Source: an uncultured virus (IMG/VR IMGVR_UViG_3300028888_000117) (taxonomy: Duplodnaviria; Heunggongvirae; Uroviricota; Caudoviricetes). Taken from it: a DNA stretch of 20,000 bases. Each line of letters starts with the position of its first letter. The stretch's first letter is position 1. The translations under genes were made by a program, and so were the position numbers. The notes under the pieces are model-generated. The model worked only from the letters and a program-made list of their open reading frames with translations, did not search any database and had not been told where the DNA came from. The stretch lies in IMG/VR virus record IMGVR_UViG_3300028888_000117, one strand, 5' to 3'. Shown in pieces: positions 16,884 to 20,000 of this stretch.

Positions 16884-17063
16884 CTGAACATGGCTAATTC
16901 AATATCAGTGAAAACTCCAGCTGCAATTAATGGAAGAATAGTAACTGTGAGAATTAACAAATCATTACTTATTGCAGAAGTAATTTATCATCTGGTGTAA
17001 TGGTAGCATACCGGGATCCCTCGGAGGAAAGGTTCAATTCCTTATTGATAGCAAATATTTTAT

Positions 17064-17149
17064 GTGTCTTTGGCCGAGCGGTTTAAGGCAGTTGGCTGTT
17101 AACCAACCGAGGTGAATAACCTCCGAGGGTTCGAATCCCCCAGGGCACG
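17064..17149 (+). tRNA. tRNA with Asn anticodon (GTT) on a class II body
   Basis: GTTGG-CTGTTAA-CCAAC; variable arm GAGGT-GAATA-ACCTC; G73. Confidence 0.85.
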
Positions 17150-17229
17150 CGAGTGGTTTGAGTGTTGAATTGACAACTGAAAGGATGAAGAGCTTCCCGT
17201 GGTCCGAAAATGCTAAGTTCATCCATGAT

Positions 17230-17318
17230 GGCTCGATGATGGAATTGGTCTACATGTGGCACTTAAAATGCCATGGGCCGTAAGGCCCTTGCGGGTTCGA
17301 GTCCCGCTCGAGCTACCA
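17230..17318 (+). tRNA. tRNA-Leu(TAA), CCA encoded
   Basis: TGGCA-CTTAAAA-TGCCA. Confidence 0.92.
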
Positions 17319-17444
17319 ATAATATGAGTGTGGAAATAACTTGTAACTCAAGTAGAGAGTTTCCAGTAAATGGGTGGCAAGAAGAGTAAAGAGCTTACAA
17401 TTTAGCCATATTATTATTTTAGATCATTTAGGTGACAGATATTT

Positions 17445-17517
17445 GGTCTCTTGGTTGAATGGTTACAATGTCAGACTGTCGATCTGTACGGTACGGGTTC
17501 GAATCCCGTAGGGACCG
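17445..17517 (+). tRNA. tRNA-Asp(GTC)
   Basis: CAGA-CTGTCGA-TCTG, G73. Confidence 0.88.
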
Positions 17518-17702
17518 CAAATAGAAATTAATAATTTATAAATATAAAATTTAAAACATATGAAAACAATGAAACGAAAACGTTAGTTGTGTATGTTTCC
17601 TGAGAGAAATTGGTATTAAGCAGTTTAACCAATTAGAAGCATGCACGTTAAATCAAAATTAAACGCAAATTATTATTAAGTTTAATACAATTTATTGTGT
17701 AT

Positions 17703-17775
17703 GCCCTCTTAGCTGAGTTGGTAAAGCTGCGGCCTTTTAAGCCGAGGATCCAGGGTTCGAATCCCTGAGGGGGTA
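17703..17775 (+). tRNA. tRNA-Lys(TTT)
   Basis: CGGC-CTTTTAA-GCCG. Confidence 0.9.
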
Positions 17776-17782
17776 CTAATTT

Positions 17783-17857
17783 GCTCTCATGGCGTTAATT
17801 GGTCAGCGTACAAGACTTTTAATCTTCGAGGTCTGGGTTCGAGTCCCAGTGGGAGCA
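17783..17857 (+). tRNA. tRNA-Lys(TTT)
   Basis: AAGA-CTTTTAA-TCTT. Confidence 0.88.
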
Positions 17858-17870
17858 CAAATAATATAAT

Positions 17871-17944
17871 GCTCCGTTAGCTCAGTTGGTTAGAGTAGTT
17901 GCCTCTTAAGCATCGGGTCCAGGGTTCGAATCCCTGCCGGAGTA
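17871..17944 (+). tRNA. tRNA-Lys(CTT)
   Basis: GTTGC-CTCTTAA-GCATC. Confidence 0.88.
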
Positions 17945-17952
17945 CATATATT

Positions 17953-18025
17953 GGGGAGGTCGTTTAGTGGTCCAGGACAGTAGGCTTACATCCTACCAAC
18001 CAGAGTTCGATTCTCTGCCGCCCCA
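17953..18025 (+). tRNA. tRNA-Val(TAC)
   Basis: GTAGG-CTTACAT-CCTAC. Confidence 0.88.
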
Positions 18026-18222
18026 CTCTTGCATGCCATGCAAAACTTATGGAGAAATTTACAGCTACGGTTGATATTGATAGTTCGAAATATTAAATAT
18101 CTTATCCATAAGTACTTATAATGATAAAGTAATGACGGTAGAAGTCCGTGGTAACTACTTTGACGCTATATTACTTGAGATAACAGAACGGATTATCCTT
18201 TATAAGTCAAACCGAAGCTTTT

Positions 18223-18295
18223 GGTCTCTTGGTTGAACGGTAACAATGTCGGATTGTCGATCCGTACGGTACGGGTTCGAATCCCGTAGGGACCG
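18223..18295 (+). tRNA. tRNA-Asp(GTC)
   Basis: CGGA-TTGTCGA-TCCG; close paralog of 17445-17517. Confidence 0.88.
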
Positions 18296-18504
18296 CGATT
18301 CATTATAACATTTTGTAATGAATTAAGGGAAGAAATGGAAGATAGATTATTAAATTTGTTTGTGAAAATAGATTTAATAGAAAAGGGTAAAACTCAAAAG
18401 CGATTGGGAATATAACCATCCCCTTTATAGATGGGATTTTTACCATCATGGTAAAGATTTGGTTGAATCTAAACTAATCCTAAGTACAAATACGTTTAGC
18501 AGTT

Positions 18505-18533
18505 AGTAGAAACACTGGGAGTTTCTACTTTTT
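18505..18533 (+). terminator. Terminator-like hairpin inside array 2
   Basis: AGTAGAAAC-ACTGGGA-GTTTCTACT plus a T run, directly before tRNA-Tyr. Confidence 0.4.
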
Positions 18534-18536
18534 ATT

Positions 18537-18620
18537 GGGGGTTTATTCCGTAAGTGGTAGCGGGGATGACTGTAAATCATCTGGCTTCGGCCTCGGGGTG
18601 TTCGACTCACTCAGCCCCCA
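18537..18620 (+). tRNA. tRNA-Tyr(GTA)
   Basis: GATGA-CTGTAAA-TCATC; class II. Confidence 0.9.
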
Positions 18621-18706
18621 CAATAATATTATTAATAAATTTAAAAGTTAAGAGTTATGAAGGATTATTATTATTGCTATAACGAAGATGATAGTAATTA
18701 TAGCAA

Positions 18707-18802
18707 GCCGACGTAACCGAAGCGGTCCGTAAAACCGTTCTGCTCTATCAAATCTCGGTATTGGCCTCTAGCAGTAAGTAGGTTCGAATCCTACCGGCGG
18801 CA
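18707..18802 (+). tRNA. D-armless tRNA-like gene, loop CC-GTA-AA
   Basis: GCCGACG/CGGCGGC, GCGGT/ACCGT arm, variable stem CTGCT/AGCAG, T arm GTAGG-TTCGAAT-CCTAC. Confidence 0.6.
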
Positions 18803-18819
18803 CAAACAATTCTTAACTA

Positions 18820-18952
18820 TGCTGGTTTATTACGGTATATTGGTAACCGTACCGCCCTGTGAAGGCGGTCTTACTAACCGAAGATTATTACAACCGCGGA
18901 TAAGTAATAATTAATAGGAGTAAGTATGGAGGTTCGATTCCTTCGAAGGCAC
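18820..18952 (+). tRNA. tRNA-His(GTG)-like gene with a ~60-nt variable domain
   Basis: D stem TACGGT/ACCGTA, CCGCC-CTGTGAA-GGCGG, T arm GGAGG-TTCGATT-CCTTC; irregular acceptor. Confidence 0.55.
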
Positions 18953-19065
18953 AATGGTTTTACAAATCAAATTAATCAATGAGGTAAAATCTCAATTCTA
19001 AGTTTTTGATGAAACACTTTGGTTCGGTAAAATTCCGATATGAATTTATTTGATTAAGGAGATTT

Positions 19066-19138
19066 GCGCTCTTAGCTCAGTTGGGAGAGCAACGGGCTTT
19101 TAATCCGTGGGTCCTGGGTTCGAGTCCCAGAGGGCGTA
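19066..19138 (+). tRNA. tRNA-Lys(TTT)
   Basis: ACGGG-CTTTTAA-TCCGT. Confidence 0.92.
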
Positions 19139-19144
19139 CAATTT

Positions 19145-19216
19145 ACCCCTATGGCAGAAGGGTTCATGCAATAGACTCTTAATCTATCTATCAGGGTTCG
19201 AGTCCCTGTGGGGGTA
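19145..19216 (+). tRNA. tRNA-Lys(CTT)
   Basis: ATAGA-CTCTTAA-TCTAT. Confidence 0.9.
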
Positions 19217-19222
19217 CAATAT

Positions 19223-19294
19223 CGCGGAAGCAGTGTGTAGGTCGCATACAAGGCTCATAACCTTAGTGGTGGAGTTCAATTCTCACTTCCGCAA
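19223..19294 (+). tRNA. tRNA-Met(CAT), initiator-like
   Basis: C1:A72 mismatch; AAGG-CTCATAA-CCTT. Confidence 0.8.
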
Positions 19295-19498
19295 CAATAT
19301 TTTAATCAGGACGGAGTTAATCAATGAGAGTACAATGTGAGTAGTAGGGTTACATCTACAGGTTATGGTGAAAGCAAAGGAAATTGATTACGATGGTGGT
19401 ACAGGTATTAGGAGGTGTACAACTCGCGAAATATCCGAGGCCGGAGGATAGTTTAGTGAACCATATCACGGAAGACTAGGTGGGTTAAAATATTATTT

Positions 19499-19577
19499 AC
19501 AGCGGTATCGTCACAGTCTTATACACTGACATTAACCACGTAATTGGTGTATGTGGGTTCGAGTCCCACCCGCTGTA
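19499..19577 (+). tRNA. D-armless tRNA-like gene, anticodon TAT (Ile AUA reader?)
   Basis: ACAGCGG/CCGCTGT, CAGT-CTTATAC-ACTG, variable region containing ACGTAATTGG, T arm GTGGG-TTCGAGT-CCCAC. Confidence 0.65.
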
Positions 19578-19784
19578 CACCAGTTGGAGTAACGCACCGA
19601 CTAGTATCGGGCACAATACGACGAGAAATAGGATGGCATCCTATATGTGTCAAAACTGATGAGTAGGTCTTGTATCGCGGAGGAGCAGATGTCAGTTGAT
19701 TAAAAGTTGCAGTCTGGTATACGCGAGCAGATCCCCAGAAAAGGCAAGGATCTGTGAGTTACCGGTCTCAAAATACCGGTTTAT

Positions 19785-19857
19785 GCGTCTTTGGTCTAAT
19801 GGTTAAGGCACTGGACTCCAAACCCAGTAGATGAGGGTTCGACTCCTTCAGGGCGCG
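19785..19857 (+). tRNA. tRNA-Trp(CCA)
   Basis: CTGGA-CTCCAAA-CCCAG, G73. Confidence 0.88.
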
Positions 19858-19863
19858 CATTAT

Positions 19864-19977
19864 GGGTAGGTAACATAAAAAAAGATTTAAAACTTCGTTC
19901 GTTGTTCTCCGTAAGGTAGTGTAGAATCGTGAGTTACTTCAAAGGTTAATGTATTTGTCTGTTAAACAAAAGAGTGT
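19864..19977 (+). tRNA. 5' part of a tRNA-Asn(GTT)-like gene with the GAGTTACTTC module in its D loop; T arm not seen
   Basis: GGGTAGG-TA-ACAT...insert...GGTTA-ATGT-A-TTTGT-CTGTTAA-ACAAA, after which the sequence folds back on itself. Confidence 0.5.
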
Positions 19978-20000
19978 ACACTCTTTTGTTTAACAGACAA
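19955..20000. repeat. Perfect loopless palindrome, at least 46 bp, reaching the window edge
   Basis: TTGTCTGTTAAACAAAAGAGTGT|ACACTCTTTTGTTTAACAGACAA, centre 19977/19978. Confidence 0.95.

Noticed and set aside
6836..19340. Track ORFs at 6836, 7050, 7495, 10468, 10678, 11452, 15982, 17034 and 19107, and the 12764 start
   Set aside because: They overlap clear tRNA genes or structured RNA elements on either strand and lack protein-like composition.
19621..19700. Hammerhead ribozyme suggested by CTGATGA at 19656
   Set aside because: I could not place the GAAA and the three stems in the required order.
7172..19940. GAGTTACTTC copies or the 52-bp repeat as a CRISPR array
   Set aside because: Irregular spacing, only 10 nt invariant, no unique spacers in the tandem repeat, and no cas gene recognised.

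Overview
Very AT-rich DNA, most likely a jumbo/mega-phage (inferred; a gut Bacteroidetes-type host is a guess). Positions 1-6026 carry two large minus-strand hypothetical CDSs. From about 6.2 kb to the window end, the plus strand holds two divergently oriented tRNA arrays: array 1 (6513-13279, 24 cloverleaf tRNAs) and array 2 (15332 to past the edge, 17 cloverleaf tRNAs). A 390-aa CDS separates them and two small CDSs sit inside array 1. Main finding: each array is preceded by a short unannotated leader ORF overlapping an antiterminator/terminator switch, and the codons in each leader mirror the tRNA set of its own array. This looks like a multi-tRNA-sensing attenuator. The arrays also contain non-canonical RNAs: D-armless tRNAs whose D-loop appears relocated into the variable arm, six copies of a Y-RNA-like GAGTTACTTC stem (two grafted into tRNA D-loops), an 8/4 tRNA-Ser, class I anticodons on long-variable-arm bodies, tRNA mimics, and many self-closed structured spacers. 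All folds were read by eye; no searches or folding programs were run.
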